From positions 9,114,001 to 9,178,000 of the forward strand of contig OX597829.1 in the NCBI GenBank assembly GCA_951406725.2: a DNA stretch of 64,000 nt. The letters are read 5' to 3'. A program made the position numbers and the translations under genes. The notes under the pieces are model-generated. The model was given only the letters and a program-made list of their open reading frames with translations, was not told the DNA's origin and made no database searches. Each line of letters opens with the position of its first letter. Within the stretch, counting starts at the first letter, position 1. Positions 1 through 14,744 of the stretch are shown here, piece by piece. The stretch is from Octopus vulgaris. Taxonomy: Eukaryota.

Positions 1-520
1 GTGAGAGCATCATGTGGCTTTGTGTATAAAGTAGAGATCTGATTTTAATGGATCTGAATTGGCAATTTTAGTGAGAAGAGATATTGCATACTGTATGTAT
101 GGCCAGAGTAATGTGGAGGTTTTGTGTAGGAGAAATAATGTAATTTGCTATAAGGAGTATAGAGTACATTTAAAAAATTGAACTTTGGTAGTTTTATTGG
201 AAATTAGGGATGTTTGTAGTGTGATAGCTAGAGGGAAAGTGAAAGTAGAAGGTTTCTGCAGTTGGTGGAATCTGGTGGTTTCAGTCTGGCTAGAATTTTT
301 AAAAGGTGAATCAGTGAGAAAACAATTCATCTGAAATTTAGTCTGGTTTAGGCCAAAGTTTTGCAATGTAGACAAAAATGAATAATAGCTTGATGTAGGC
401 AAAATTTTCTCAGCCAGATTGAGACAGAGAAATTTACAAAAAGTAACACATTGCAGAGAAATGGCAAATAACTCGAAATAGCATTGTCACAAAGTAAAGC
501 TGCAGCATAATGAAACTCAC

Positions 521-604
521 CTTGAACCAATAATGAAAAATGTCTTCTTTGCCTCCGTATGTTGCACCAACTGCAAGAACGCATGTGTTCAATTTCTTCT
601 TGCT
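521..604 (-). CDS. AK7: Adenylate kinase 7, exon 6 (gene continues beyond the left edge)
   Basis: acattttcag acceptor, 84 nt, SKKKLNTCVLAVGATYGGKEDIFHYWFK, GTGAGT donor. Matches AK7 'YVVAAGLQYG....H.FFK'. Kinase and DPY30 domains are outside the window. Confidence 0.9.
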
Positions 605-1955
605 CTGAAAATGTTTTAAAAATCATAATACATTATATTTGATATCCAGCAAATTCCAGACGAAACGTCTCATGGTTATTGGTTAAAAATAACTTTAAAT
701 TCAGAGCTTAGACCACAATGAAGTTGAATGAACATTTCAGCCATCCATCTTCATTATACAGTGTTCAATTGATACAATAATTAATGTCAGCATCTTGGTC
801 TTGAAAGATTTGATTCTTATAATCTGCAGAAAACACTCTGTTGCAGAATGGACTGATGCAATATCAAATGAAGTGTCTTGCCCAAGGACAAAATATGTCA
901 CTCAGTCCAAAAATATAAACCCACTCCCTTATTGTCATAAATCTAGCCTGTAAGCCACTCCCTTCACTTCATTCTTTAAGAACTCAAAAGCAGGTACCAA
1001 ATGCTAGCATCCACTTTATCAATCTTGTGAACCTCTAGTTTTTTTTTTATTTATCTTTAAAATCTTTTATTATTTTTTTTTTTTTTATGATTCAATGAAA
1101 AAGAAATAAATTAATCTTTTTAAAAAGAAAAGCATAGTATTTTGAATGTTCACCATGCAGCTCTACTATTCACAGGTACCTTATTTAGTAAGTGACTGGC
1201 TATGTTTGGCTTCAATCCCCAAAGAAACCTTTTATATTTCTTTCAGGAAAGATATCTAGTTTTGCCTTGGTTCTTCAAATGATGCTGGAATCATAGAGAA
1301 GCTGTTGTGATATACAGCATATGTTGGGTATTCAAAAGCTAGTGGAGCCAACCCTATCAAGCTGATTTCTTACATACACACACTCAAACACATGTGTACA
1401 TACACAATATGTGTGTGTGTGTGTGAGAATGAGAGACAGAAAGTGAATACAATCCTAGAACTAGAATGGTACTTTAAAAAAAATATGAATAGTATCTAGA
1501 AAAGATGTAACTTTTGCAATTTTCTATATACACATCCCTAAAATACAGGAGCACAATATGTAGTCTAAAAAAATCCAAAAAGACTGTCTTATTTAGGCAG
1601 CAAAGTTAACAATAAAAATGACACTGAATGAAATGTATTACACCATTTGGTTAGAATCTGTGTAAAATTCCTGCTCAAGTTGCTTTTGTTTTCCATATAT
1701 CCAGAATTGATTAACAATAAGAGGACAGTGATGTAGTAGCATTTAACCTGGCGCTTTTAATAATGAGCCACCAAAGTGTCATAGAAGCGATCGACAGAGT
1801 TGACAACAACGGCGCAAATGATGATCCTGTATCACTAAAGATATGATACTGAAATATAAGGGATTAGCAAACCTAAATTTCACTAATCTAAGCCAAATTC
1901 CAATATGAACAAAAAAGGGGGGAAAAGAAACCAGTTGAACAGTCAAACACTTTAC

Positions 1956-2066
1956 CCCTTTGCCAAGTTTTATGACTGTTTTCTCAGCGCTGATGTGATC
2001 CTTGAAGTTTGCATGTGGCCTTCTCCGACGGTAATCATCTTTGGTAAAAGGAATATCTGGGTCCTC
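1956..2066 (-). CDS. AK7: Adenylate kinase 7, exon 5
   Basis: cttattgtag acceptor, 111 nt, EDPDIPFTKDDYRRRRPHANFKDHISAEKTVIKLGKG, GTAAAG donor. Matches the AK7 signature 'PFTEEDYRRRK.HPNF.DHI.AEK'. Confidence 0.95.
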
Positions 2067-2197
2067 CTACAATAAGAGATTTTTTTGATGTCTAAGATCT
2101 TAAATCTTGAGATGTATTAGAAAAAAGCTTCCATTTACATAATTCAAACAAAACAACAAAGAAATATAGACATCCAAAGGAATATATTAAACACTGT

Positions 2198-2198
<1 letters not shown>

Positions 2199-2241
<43 letters not shown>

Positions 2242-2308
2242 TAATAATAACAATAACAATAACAACAATAATAATAATAGTAACAACAACAACAATAATA
2301 ACAATAAC

Positions 2309-2367
<59 letters not shown>

Positions 2368-2390
2368 TGATGATGATGATGATAATTATT
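2199..2390. repeat. (AAT/AAC/GAT)n microsatellite
   Basis: Direct reading. Many other (TA)n, (CA)n, (GA)n, (TCTA)n and (TAC)n tracts occur across the window, for example at 5120, 6190, 16940, 47830, 48205, 51390, 56240 and 57200. Confidence 0.97.
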
Positions 2391-4059
2391 ATGATTAATA
2401 TTATTAGTTTTATATTTGTGTTTATAAACAACGAAAAACACAATGTTTTATTGCTTTACAATTTCAGAGAGTGGGCTGTGGTCATGCTGGAGTAATGCAT
2501 GCAATAAGTTTTAGACAAATCAATTCCATTATGTTTCTTTCTGGAACATTTTCCACTGATCCGTATTTCATTAGATGGCCAAGATATGCTTCCTTTTTTT
2601 TTTTTCGCAAAACATCAGTTCTATTTTATTTTTTAAAATCAGTTAACACACACACACACACACACATTACAATGGATTTCCAACTACCAAATGCCATTCA
2701 AATGGTATTGGTCAATCTGAGACTAGAGTGTAAAAAACATGCTCAAAGTGTTGCTCTGCAACAGTAATCCTGGAACCATTTGGTTCTGAAGCAAATTCCT
2801 CAACAACTCCACCGTGTCTGCACCATTCATTCAACATGATTACAGCATTTAATAATATCTAAGCATATTTATTTCTTTATTGCCCACAGGGGGCTAAATG
2901 TAGAGAGGACAAACAAGGACAGACAAAGGGATTTAGGGATTAAATCGATTACATCAACCCCAGTGCATAACTGGTATTTATTTGACACCCAAAAGGATGA
3001 AAGGCAAAGTCGACCTCAGTGGAATATGAAACCAGAACATAACTGTACATTCTGAGTTCAAACTGCACCAGGGTCAACATTGCATTTCATTCTTTTGGGG
3101 GTTGATAACACAAGTACCAGTTGAGCACTAGTATCAATCTAATCCATTTAACCCCTCCCCCCAAATTGTTGGCCTTGTGCCAAAATTTGAAACCAATATT
3201 TCCACCCGGATTTAGTAAATTAGTCGCAAGGAGGACAAACTTTCACTAATTATTTTAATATTGTCCTGATCTTGTCTTGCTTACCTTCTTTTTCTCCATT
3301 TTTTCTTATATTTTTCTCTACTTTCTTGTCTTCCTTTTCTGTTTTCATTCTTAATTAGCTGCTTACTTCTTTAATTATATTGGTATATTTGGGAATGGTC
3401 ATTTTTTGCCAATAAACACCCAATATTTATTTAGCTTATTCACTTAAGCTTTATTACCTCTGCCTTAGCAAAGGCAAAGGTGTTGTTTTCAGTTTTTTTT
3501 TTGTTTGTTGATTTGTCCATGGACAAGATATCCCAAGAACTGCTGGATGGATTCAGATGAAATTTTCAAGAATGTTTGGCCTTGTGAATGGCACAAACTG
3601 ATAAAATTTTGGGATCAATCTGGTACCAGACAAGGATTCTGGATTTTTTTTCCTGTTTTTCTATTTAATTTTTGAAAGTGGTTGGGTTTATTTTTAGTCT
3701 TCTTGTTTGTGAGAGCAATCGAGTTTATTTCAGATATTCTCATTTTAAAAATCATCTCTGGCTAATCTTTGAGTGGACTTTGGTGTTGCCTTGGCACAGG
3801 TTTGCACTCTCTGAGTGCTCATTATTATCATTATTAGTTTATTTATCAGAATTCTTTCATCACACATTCTGTGGCCTCTTCAGCAATTTTCTGTCCTTCG
3901 TCTAATCTCTTCTCTCTAGTCTTGTCCCATCTATTCTATCTTGTCTTCCTATCTGCACATGCATTTATGTCTGTATCTATGTGTGTTAGTATGTGTATAT
4001 GTGTCTTGTGTGCATGTATATGGGTTTGCATATTACACAGTTTGTACCTATGCCTCTTA

Positions 4060-4515
4060 TTTCTTGGGACAAGGCACTGAAGCACAACCTGATCTCTCAA
4101 CGTAGGTTGAACTAGAAAAGAGGGAGAACCAAGAAGCAATGGGGCAAGGTCCTGAAGGATGGCCTAATGACAAGAAACCTATCAGACAAGATGACAAAGG
4201 ACTGTGGTATCTGGCACCTTGCTTTACTCAGTAAGACCTGTCATCCAGCACAGCAGATGTGCAAAGGCCATTCCTCCTCGTGAAGAGGATTGGCCTGCAA
4301 GAATCCTGCTCCAGTGCCATGTAAAAACGCTTGTGCTGGTGTCACATTAAAAATACCCAGTACACTCGGTACATTGGTTGGCGTTTAGGAAGGACATCCA
4401 ACCGTTGAAACGAAAGAAAATTGAACTAGCTTCGTGCAGCTTCCCAGCTCTGGTGAAACCCATGCCAACATGGAAAACGGACTTAATGAATGAATGAATG
4501 ATGATGATGATGATG
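4060..4515 (+). mobile_element. RTE LINE 3' end fragment
   Basis: Decayed RGRPRK.W region and a 3' UTR (ggcgtttaggaaggacatccaaccg...ccatgccaacatggaaaacggac) matching the reverse complement of 21105-21260. Ends in (GAT)n. Confidence 0.65.
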
Positions 4516-4715
4516 ATTAGAAAATTACTATTTTTAAATCTCACAATGTGAGATATTCAGCAACAGTGCTTTGGAGTAAAGAATTGTTTGCCAACATAAC
4601 ATGGCAGTCCTGGTTTAGGACGAATGTTGCTGTAATTTAACCCCAGAAGACATCGTCTCCAACTGGCTATACGACACGATCTGTGTCCTTATGTATATAT
4701 ATATGTATAAATGAG

Positions 4716-4750
<35 letters not shown>

Positions 4751-5113
4751 ATGGAGTTGGACGAAGATGTTATTAAAATTCTTTTACTTTCGACATATGT
4801 TTCGAAGACAACATGGTTTTATTCCAAAGGAATAAACGGTGTAAGATATAAACAGGAAAGAAAGAGAGCCTATCTCAACAACAAGACATTATAACATTTA
4901 CGATGGCTGCCTACATGATAAACAGAACGTTATTAAGTATTTAAAAAAACCGTTAGTAGATTTGATGTCAAATGCAGATAGAAGGAGGGGAAGGGTTAAA
5001 GGGATAGTAATTAGGGAACAAATAGAGAGGGAGGGATACGTTGATTAAAAGAATGTTCAAAGGCTTTATTGAATTTTCCATGTTAACGGAAAACAGGATA
5101 ATTCATTCATCCA

Positions 5114-5209
<96 letters not shown>

Positions 5210-6185
5210 GCCTGCTGGAGACAATGTCTCTTGGTGCTAAATTACAACAACATTCGTCCTAAACCAGGCCTACTATGTTGGCAGACGATGATGATGATGA
5301 TGAATATTTATATTTATTTCCCCTGTTGTCTTTAGACATCAGGTTGCACAGTGTGGGGGACCGAGTGAGGGATTATTGCCCCATTTACGTTTTCGGTTAA
5401 GTCTATTTTCTATTATGTGAGCGTCTTCAATTATATTTCTATTTTTATTTGTTCATTTATTTCTCTGCTTGTTTTATTCCATTGTTACTCAGATTCATTC
5501 AAGTATTTTATCAAACCAATTATTGCAACGTTTTAAAAATTTTATTTCAATAATCAGGTTTTGAAAAATAATAGCACTAAGTGGAATAACTTCTTCAAAC
5601 ATTTTTACGAGTGCTCTCCCTTGAACCATAATCGTTTTTGTAAAGAAATTTGTTTCGTAATATTCATCCACAGAGCTAAACAGGTCTTCCAGTGTTACTT
5701 TGACAACTATTTGTTCAGAAGTATAAACACTAGGAATCCTTGTATTAAACGCACGTGGCACTCGGAAGTTACAGCTGTGACGTCCCCCCCCCACCACAAA
5801 TTATAATACTGAAATTATACATACATAGGTACGTCCGTATGTATATATTTTCGTACGTACATAGGACGGATGGATGGATGGACGTACGTAGGTATGTATG
5901 CACGTATGTATGTCTGTGTGTGTGTCTGTCTGTGTGTGTGTGCGTGTGTGCATGTATGTGTGTTCGTATTACTTGCTTCAGTCACTGGACTGCAGTCATA
6001 CTGAAGCAAAGTCTTGCAGAACTTCAGTCGAACTATGTGATCTCACAGCTTACACACACATAAATATTTATATAAATTTATCGACTGCTATTTCCAGTAA
6101 ACATTGGTGGTGCCTTGTACTACTACTACGACTCTCTCTGTCTGTCTGTCTCTCTCTCTATCTATCTATTTATTTATCTATCTAG

Positions 6186-6270
<85 letters not shown>

Positions 6271-6274
<4 letters not shown>

Positions 6275-6500
6275 CTTTACTACCCACAAGGGGCTAAACA
6301 CAGACGGGACAAACAAGGTCAGACAAACGGATTAAGTCGATTATATCGACCCCAGTGTGTAACTGGTACTTAATTTATCGACCCCGAAAGGATGAAAGGC
6401 AAAGTCGACCTCGGCGGAATTTGAACTCAGAACGTGACGACAGACGAAATATCGCTACGCATTTCGCCCGGCGTGCTAACGTTTCTGCCAGCTCGCCGCC
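6271..6500 (-). mobile_element. tRNA-derived SINE family A (Nin/Deu-domain-like)
   Basis: A-box TGGCAGAAACG, B-box GAGTTCAAATTCC, core GCCTTTCATCCTTTCGGGGTCGATAAATTAAGTACCAG. Further partial copies near 2870, 3050, 26300, 26740, 30780, 32145, 37130, 39120 and 58320. Confidence 0.85.
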
Positions 6501-6519
6501 TTTTCTACAGGTCCCACTA

Positions 6520-6572
<53 letters not shown>

Positions 6573-6579
6573 TATATAT

Positions 6580-7665
<1,086 letters not shown>

Positions 7666-7925
7666 CTTTTTGAAACCTTGTATTATTCCATTGGCATCGT
7701 TTACCGAACCGCTAAGTTACGCGGATTTAAACAAACCAACGCTATTTATCAAACTGTGGGGGGGGGGGCTTAAAAACACGCGCGCGCTCAGTGAGATCTA
7801 ATACATCTTTTTTGTCTCAAAGGGATATCTAGACTTAGTATCACAAACTAATGAAACATGCATTTGTTTAAGTTTTTCTGGGCTGCTACTGCGGCCAGCA
7901 ATCAACAATATCATACAATCTTAAA

Positions 7926-8325
7926 GGCAGCGAGCTGGCAGAAACGTTAGTACGCAGGGCGAAATGCTTAGCGGTATTTCGTCTGCCGTGATGTTCTGAG
8001 TTCAAATTCCGCCGAGGTCGACTTTGCCTTTCATCCTTTCGGGGTCGATAAATTAAGTACCAGTTACGCACTGGGGTCGGTGTAATCGACTTTATCCGTT
8101 TGTCTGTCCTTGTTTGTCCTCTCTGTGTTTGGCCCCTTGTGGGTAATAAAGAAATAGATATTTCGTCCGTCTTTATGTTCTAAATTCAAATTCCGCCGAG
8201 GTTGACTTTGCCTTTCATTCTTTCGGGATCGATAAATTAAGTACCAGTTGCGTATTAGGGTCAACCTAATCGACTGGCCCCTTCCTCCAAAATTTCGGGC
8301 CTTGTGCTTACAGTAGTAAAGAATA
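7926..8325 (+). mobile_element. SINE family A, one full plus one partial tandem unit
   Basis: Same head and core as 6271-6500. The B-box and core repeat at about 8160-8320 with a different tail. Confidence 0.85.
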
Positions 8326-9029
8326 TCATTGAATCTTAGTCAAATAGATTGGATCATAGACAAAGTATCAAGTACTTGTAGGTGCGACAGTGATCGTTGA
8401 TACAAAACTACATCCCCTTGACGGTTGTTCTACACCCATGATGGCGTACCTTTTTAGCACGACTTATAAAGTCTTGCACCTTAAATTTAAGTTAATGCAT
8501 GTAGATAAGTCATTTTATTTTTATAACATCAAAAAGGCAGGAAGAACTTTTTCAAAGCCAACCACATGTCAGCTAAAAATCCACGATGACATGATTATTG
8601 TTCTAAACCAAATCGTGACATTGTTCAACTTGAGATCTTTCATGATTCAACAAACTGACCACATACGTAATCAAATGACCAGCTAGAAATAGAAACCAAA
8701 TCTTCCTCAAATATCGCTGTATTCTCTTAAATGAGGACAAGTTTGAAGATATAGTTCTAAATGCTCCAAAAACAAAAAGTAATAAATAAAAAGGCAGGAC
8801 GGTCGTGGCTGAAACGCCGTTGATGACAGTACCGCTCAATTGAGGTTGACTCAGGGTTAAACAACCACAGCAGCAACAATAATATCGGCGATCCTTCAGA
8901 GATAATATTACGAAAGTGAAAATGAAAATGGTTCTCTTTCATCTATTTGTTCGCCAATTTCCGTAAAAGATTTTATTTCTGTAATTTTTTCCCAGCCTAC
9001 AAACAGACCTATACGTACATTATACAAGA

Positions 9030-9706
9030 CCCCTAGGACAAAAGCCCCGTAGTTAAAGTGTGAAAGAGGACAAAAGCTCCACAGTTATATTTTTCGGTTT
9101 CTTTTTTATTTATTTATTTTTTTTTTTACCTTTTACTTGTTTCAGTCAGTAGACTGTGGCCATGCTGGGGCACCGCCTTGAAGAATTTTTTGTTGAACGT
9201 ATCGACAACAGAATTTCTTAAATATTTTTACTTGTTGCTGCAGTTAATAGACTGCGGCCATGCTGGGGCACCGCTTTGAAGAATTTTTAGTCGCAGAAAA
9301 ATCAGCATTTTAAAATTTAAATTTAAAATCTTGTTTTCTTCTCTCAGTACTTTCAGATTAATGAGAATGAGCTTTTGGACTTTTTATAACTGCAATTTCC
9401 GTTTTTGTTTACGTGAAATTATTTAAAAAAATCTTTTTTAATGAATTGGCTGTTATTTCTAGCATGTGGAGAGACCTTCTAGACTTAACTTCATGTGCTG
9501 GTTAAAAATCATCTAAAAAAAAAGATTCTGGAGTCGATACTTTTGACTAAAAATTCCTCAAAGTGGTGCCCCAGCATGGCCATAGTATTATGACTAAAAG
9601 AAAATAAAAACGAAAAAATAACCGGAAAATATAACCTTGGGGCTTTTGTCCACTTTCACAGTTTAACTATGGGGCTTTTGTCCTGGGGGGCTTTTGTCCG
9701 GATCCC
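9030..9706. mobile_element. MITE-like element with about 75-bp TIRs
   Basis: 9030-9105 is the reverse complement of about 9613-9688. The arms contain repeated GGACAAAAGCCCC motifs, and SINE fragments lie inside. Confidence 0.7.
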
Positions 9707-9848
9707 ATTAAACATATATACATGTAAACATAAACATACATATACAATTATACATACACACACAAAAAATAAAAAATAAAAAACATAAACAAGCGATTCG
9801 TGAAAACATTAAAAAATGTGTGTGTATTAATATGAGTATTTGTGTGTG

Positions 9849-9886
<38 letters not shown>

Positions 9887-10120
9887 CTGTTCAGCTCGAA
9901 AACAAAATTAAGAAATATTTTTTTTACAGAAATAACCGAACCAATAGATAAAACAATGATTTTCCGTTCCCGTTTCGTGACACCAGCTCCAAAGGATTAC
10001 CATAATAACTGACAAGGAATTTACCTGCTAGAGGTAGCGACTTAATTTCTTTCAATTCACACTTAACATTCAAAATAAAACGAAGGACAAATTGGATAAT
10101 GAATTCTAGAGTACATAATA

Positions 10121-12194
10121 CAATGTGCAACACTCAAAAAAGTACAAGAGATCTGTGGCCATATTCATATGCAAAATGACAAGGGAAATCCATTTCTGGC
10201 CTTCTTTTTGTTGAATTAGGCTTGGTTTCTTCAGAATTGTCACTGTATACCCTTTTTGTCATTATTATTATTATATAAAATTCTCTACCGCATTGTAAAA
10301 TGGGTTTCAACCCAGGGCTAGAGACCAAACTTAGTAACACATACAATGTGATCCAAAGCTTGTGTTTAATGTTATTTTTTATCATTCAGATCTTATTTGT
10401 TTTCAACAATGAGTGCAAAACAGTGCAAAAGTGATCCAAACAGATTCTGTTATATCTGTGGGAAAGTGACTTTTGCTAAAGAAAAGCGCAGTATTACACA
10501 CCATATCAAGAAAATATACAAGGCGTATTGCGATTATTACTTAGGAGACCATGATAAGTCATGGGCTCCTCATGTGTGTTGCCTTACATGTATGAAGACA
10601 TTGAGTGCTTTGGTATGCCAATGATTTGGCGTGAGCAGAAAGATCACTCTAATGATTGCTATTTCTGTCACCATGACTTTACAGGCTGTACTACAGCAAA
10701 GAAAAAGAAACACATTGTTTACCCAAATTTGCAATCAGCAATGCGCCCTGTAGAGCACTGAGAAAATTTACCTGTGCCTAAATCTCCAGATCAAGAAACG
10801 CAGAGTTCCAGCAGTGCTGACGAACATTCCAGTGGTGAATGTATGGCGCCCAATGATCCAGGAAGCGAGAATAAACCAATACCATTTTCTCAAGAGGCTC
10901 TAAATGACTTGTGCAGGGATCTCTATTTAACCAAAGAGAAAAGTGAGTTTCTGGCATCAAGGCTTCAAGAACGTGAGAAAGGAGTAAAGATAACACTGTA
11001 CAGAAAACGTACAGAGGATCTGCTTGCATTATTCACCATGAAGGATGACTTATGCTTTTGCAATGACATTATTGAACTTTTTGAGCAACTGGAAATACCA
11101 TACGATAAAACCAACCGGCGACTTTCCATAGATGCGTCCAAGGACAACATCAAAGCTCATCTGCTACACAATGGTAGCACGCTGCCTTATAGCACAACCA
11201 TGAAAGAATCATATGAAAATCTAAAAGCAATTCTAACAAGCATACAGTATGATGACCATACCAGGCATATTTGTGCAGATTTTAAGGTTGTGACCATGGT
11301 GACTGGCCTTCAGCTTGGCTATACTAAATTATGCTGCTTATGGAATTCCAGAGCAAGAGCTGAACATTATGTATGCAAGGATTGGCCGATCTGAGAGGAA
11401 ATTGAGCAAGGAAAACACATCACTTGTGAAAAGTGATAGAATTGTTTAAGCAATTTGTGAAAGCCTTGGACAAGGAATCCTTTGCATTTGCATTTCTTGC
11501 AGAAAAATCCCCTTCCCTGAGTGAAGCTAAAATTAAAGAAGGTTTCTTCATAGGTCCCCAAATTCGAAAAATTGTACTTGATGAAACCTTCATCACACAT
11601 CTCAAGAGAAAAGAGAAGCTTGCCTTTAAGTCATTCAAGAAAGTTTGCGATAACTTCCTGGGCAACCATCATTCAGAAGACTATGTGCTAGTTGTGAATC
11701 ATCTGCTGAGTCATTATCATGATATGGGATGTAACATGTCTCTAAAAGTTCATGTGCTTCACTCTCATTTGGGTATTTGGCGGAAAATCTTGGTGATATG
11801 AGTGATGAACATGGTGAAAGATTCCATCAGGATATTTCAGTGATGGAGCGACGATTCAAAGGAAAATGGAACCCTGGCATGTTGGCTGACAACTTCTGGG
11901 GTATAAAAAAACAAAAGGTCACACTCCGCACATGAGGTTTAGAAGGACAAATGTTGTTTTGTTATATCAACTAAATTTTTTGTTTTATTTTTTGTAACTT
12001 TCAGTATTTGCAATGTTGTGTTCAGTACGCAATATTATGCAGTATATTATAAAAAAATATGGTCCATAGTACAGGAAAACGGTGCCTAATCTGGAGAAAT
12101 AAAGGTCAGAATCAGAATCAGGACAATTTTTTGACCCAGAAACAAGTCTTACTTAAATTGTACTTTTTTTTAACCTGAAATTTGTTGCACAGTG
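10121..12194 (+). mobile_element. Chapaev3-like (CMC superfamily) DNA transposon, full length, frameshifted transposase
   Basis: Termini CAATGTGCAACA..AAAAAAGTACAA and TTGTACTTTTTT..TGTTGCACAGTG, with a 3-bp ATA duplication on both sides. ORF pieces 10397-11900 contain FCYICG, DKSWAPHVCC, WREQKDHSNDCYFC, LNDLCRDL, GPQIRK, GCNMSLKVH.LHSHL and SDEHGERFHQDI. Confidence 0.85.
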
Positions 12195-12308
12195 ATACCT
12201 AGAAAAGTTGGGTTGGTTATGGTTGGCATGACTTTGATCGTAAGACTACTCGTTCATGCCAGCGTAGGTCTGAACAAAAACAGCAACCTTAATATCGAAC
12301 AAGTATAA

Positions 12309-12692
12309 GGCGGTGAGCTGGCCGGACGAAATGCTTAGCGGTATTTCGTCTGCCGCCACGTTCCAAGTTCAAATTCCGCCGAGGTCGACTTTGCCTTTCA
12401 TCCTTTCGGGATCGATAAATTAAGTACCAGTTACGCACTGATGTCAATGTAATCGACTTGATATCTATGTCTGTCCTTGTTTGTCCTCTCTGTGTTTAGC
12501 CCCTTCTGGGTAATAAAGAAATAGGTATTTCGTCCGTCTTTACGTTCTGAGTTCAAATTCCGCCGAGGTCGACTTTGCCTTTCCTCCTTTCGGAGTCGAT
12601 AAATTAAATACCAGTTGCGTACTGGAGTCGATCTAATCGACTGGTCCCCACTCCCCCAAAATTTCGGGCCTTGTGCCTAGAGTAGAAAAGAA
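12309..12692 (+). mobile_element. SINE family A, dimeric form
   Basis: Same two-unit layout as 7926-8325. Confidence 0.85.
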
Positions 12693-12799
12693 TCGTTAGC
12701 ACGATAGGTAACTTGATGCGACCCTCAGGCATTAGTCCGCTGGAGTCGTATTGCCACGTGGTGCGTCTTTGTTTTGTAATGCTTCTCTCCTGCTAGTCG

Positions 12800-13670
12800 A
12801 TTCTTGCGATGGTTGAAACGAAGGGACTGCGTGCCTCCGTGAAATTCTTACATTTCAAACAGCTTACAAGGATTCTGTGCCAGGAGCAAAACACAAGTTT
12901 ACGAGTAGTTTTCACGCTTTAGGAATTGTCACTTGTTAGTTGAAGACCAACCTTGTCCAAGGCGTCCGTCGACTTCCCGAACGAAGGAAAACATCAGGAA
13001 CAATTGAGGAACCTTTTATTGTGACTAGCGTGTTCTGGAGATCTTCCCAACGAATTTTGAACGAGGAATTGCAAATGAAAAGTAGTGTTGCAGCAAAATT
13101 TGTGCCTTACTTGCTCATGGAAGATCAAAAGATCATGAAAAAACCGTTGGAAGATGATCCGAACCTTTTTTTCGAAAATCATCACTGGTAACGAAAGCTG
13201 TTCCTACGGCTACGAACCGAAAACGAAGCAGCAATCAAGTCAATTTCACCACCCAAAAAGTGTGTCAAGTGAAGTCCAATGTGAAGACGATGCTGATTTG
13301 CTTCACAGATGCGAAAGGAATTGTCCACACAATATTTGCTCCAGCTGGCCAAACTGTTAACCAGACATTTTACTTGGCAGTTCTGAAGCGTTGGCGTAAA
13401 CGCCTCAACCAGTGACAAAGTGGAGAGTGACGAATTCATTACGAAAATACTCCTTCGCACACCGCCTTGAATGTGAGACAGTTTTTGGAACAAAAGTGGC
13501 ATGACCCTGTTTACCCGTCCATCCACCCTATTCACCCGATCTTGCTCCCTGCAACATTTTTTTGTTCCCAAAATGAAAAACGTCCTTAAAAGAAAACGTT
13601 TTGCAGATGTGGACGAGGTGAAGAAGAGAACGACGGAGGCGTTAGAAGGCATCTCTTAGCAAGAATTCCA
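12800..13670 (+). mobile_element. Mariner transposase relic
   Basis: Broken frames give ITGNESCSYGYEPKTKQQSSQ (ITGDETW..YDPETKQQS motif), NVKTMLICF.D.KGIVH, GQTVNQTFYL and a decayed YSPDLAP region. Boundaries approximate. Confidence 0.8.
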
Positions 13671-14696
13671 AGTTTGTATTCTACACTCTGGAGTTCATAC
13701 GATTATGTAAAAACAAAACTCCACGATTTAAGTCCTGTTTGGCTGTTACTTTTAGAACTCTGTCGACCAGGGTACAAGTTGCAGATGGGCGCAAGCACAG
13801 AACACATATTTTATTTTCGCGTAGAGTATACGAGGGGGTATCCAAATGAAACCGGAATTTTGCAATATCATTTTATTCACATGGTTAATCTTCTTCGATT
13901 AACGCCACCATTTTAGAAAATATACACACATTAGATAATCTGATCCAGTTTCCTGTGAATAAACAACAACAACAAAAGACAGGATGAATATTACAGGAAT
14001 GCTTTTGAAGATAAGGTCGCACTTTTAAGGGCCTAAACCTTGAACTAAACTAAACAACAGCAACAACAGTAGCAGTAACAGCAGCAAAACGAAACAATTT
14101 TACTTCCTTTGTCAAGAGAAAGTGAGAAAGGTGACAAAGAAAGAAAATAGCACAACAAAACAACAACAAAAAGTAATAATAAAGGTGAAAGCAACAACAA
14201 CAATGTAATAATGATGATGATGATGATGATGACGATGATGATGATAATAATAACAATAGAGTCTTTTTAGAAACGATAACCAATGAAATTTTAGATGAGT
14301 AAAGTTAGCCAAGTATAAAGGGGAAGAGTATTTCTATGGTTGGCTAAACTGGCAGATTTGAAAGGAGTGATGACAAAAGGAATGTGTGTGTGAAAGGACA
14401 ACAGTGTTACCTACAAAACGTGCACCTATTCACCCTAACAACAGGTGTGAGGGGGGCGTGTGTTGTGGGGGGGGGGGTCCGTATGTGTGCATGTGTGTGC
14501 GTGCGGGTATTTGCGTCTTTGTGCTTGAGTGTGTATTTGAGCACTAGGTAGTGTGTGTGTGTGTGTGCGCGCGCGCGTGTGTGGGTGTGATTGTGTGTGT
14601 GCGTGTGTCAAAAGTCGAGAAAAATTCAAAACTTGATGTATTTTAGTACAGTGAACCTCTCCAATATCTCAAGAGCATGCAGTGTAGGTGTGCGTA

Positions 14697-14744
<48 letters not shown>

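Noticed and set aside
348-626. 92-aa ORF as a standalone gene
   Set aside because: It overlaps AK7 exon 6 in a different frame. The spliced frame explains the signal.
1235-1730. Antisense gene suggested by plus-strand acceptors at about 1247 and 1704
   Set aside because: All frames close quickly, and such sites arise by chance in T-rich DNA.
6400-6500. tRNA genes at the A/B-box motifs
   Set aside because: No cloverleaf is evident, and each is the head of a multi-copy SINE.
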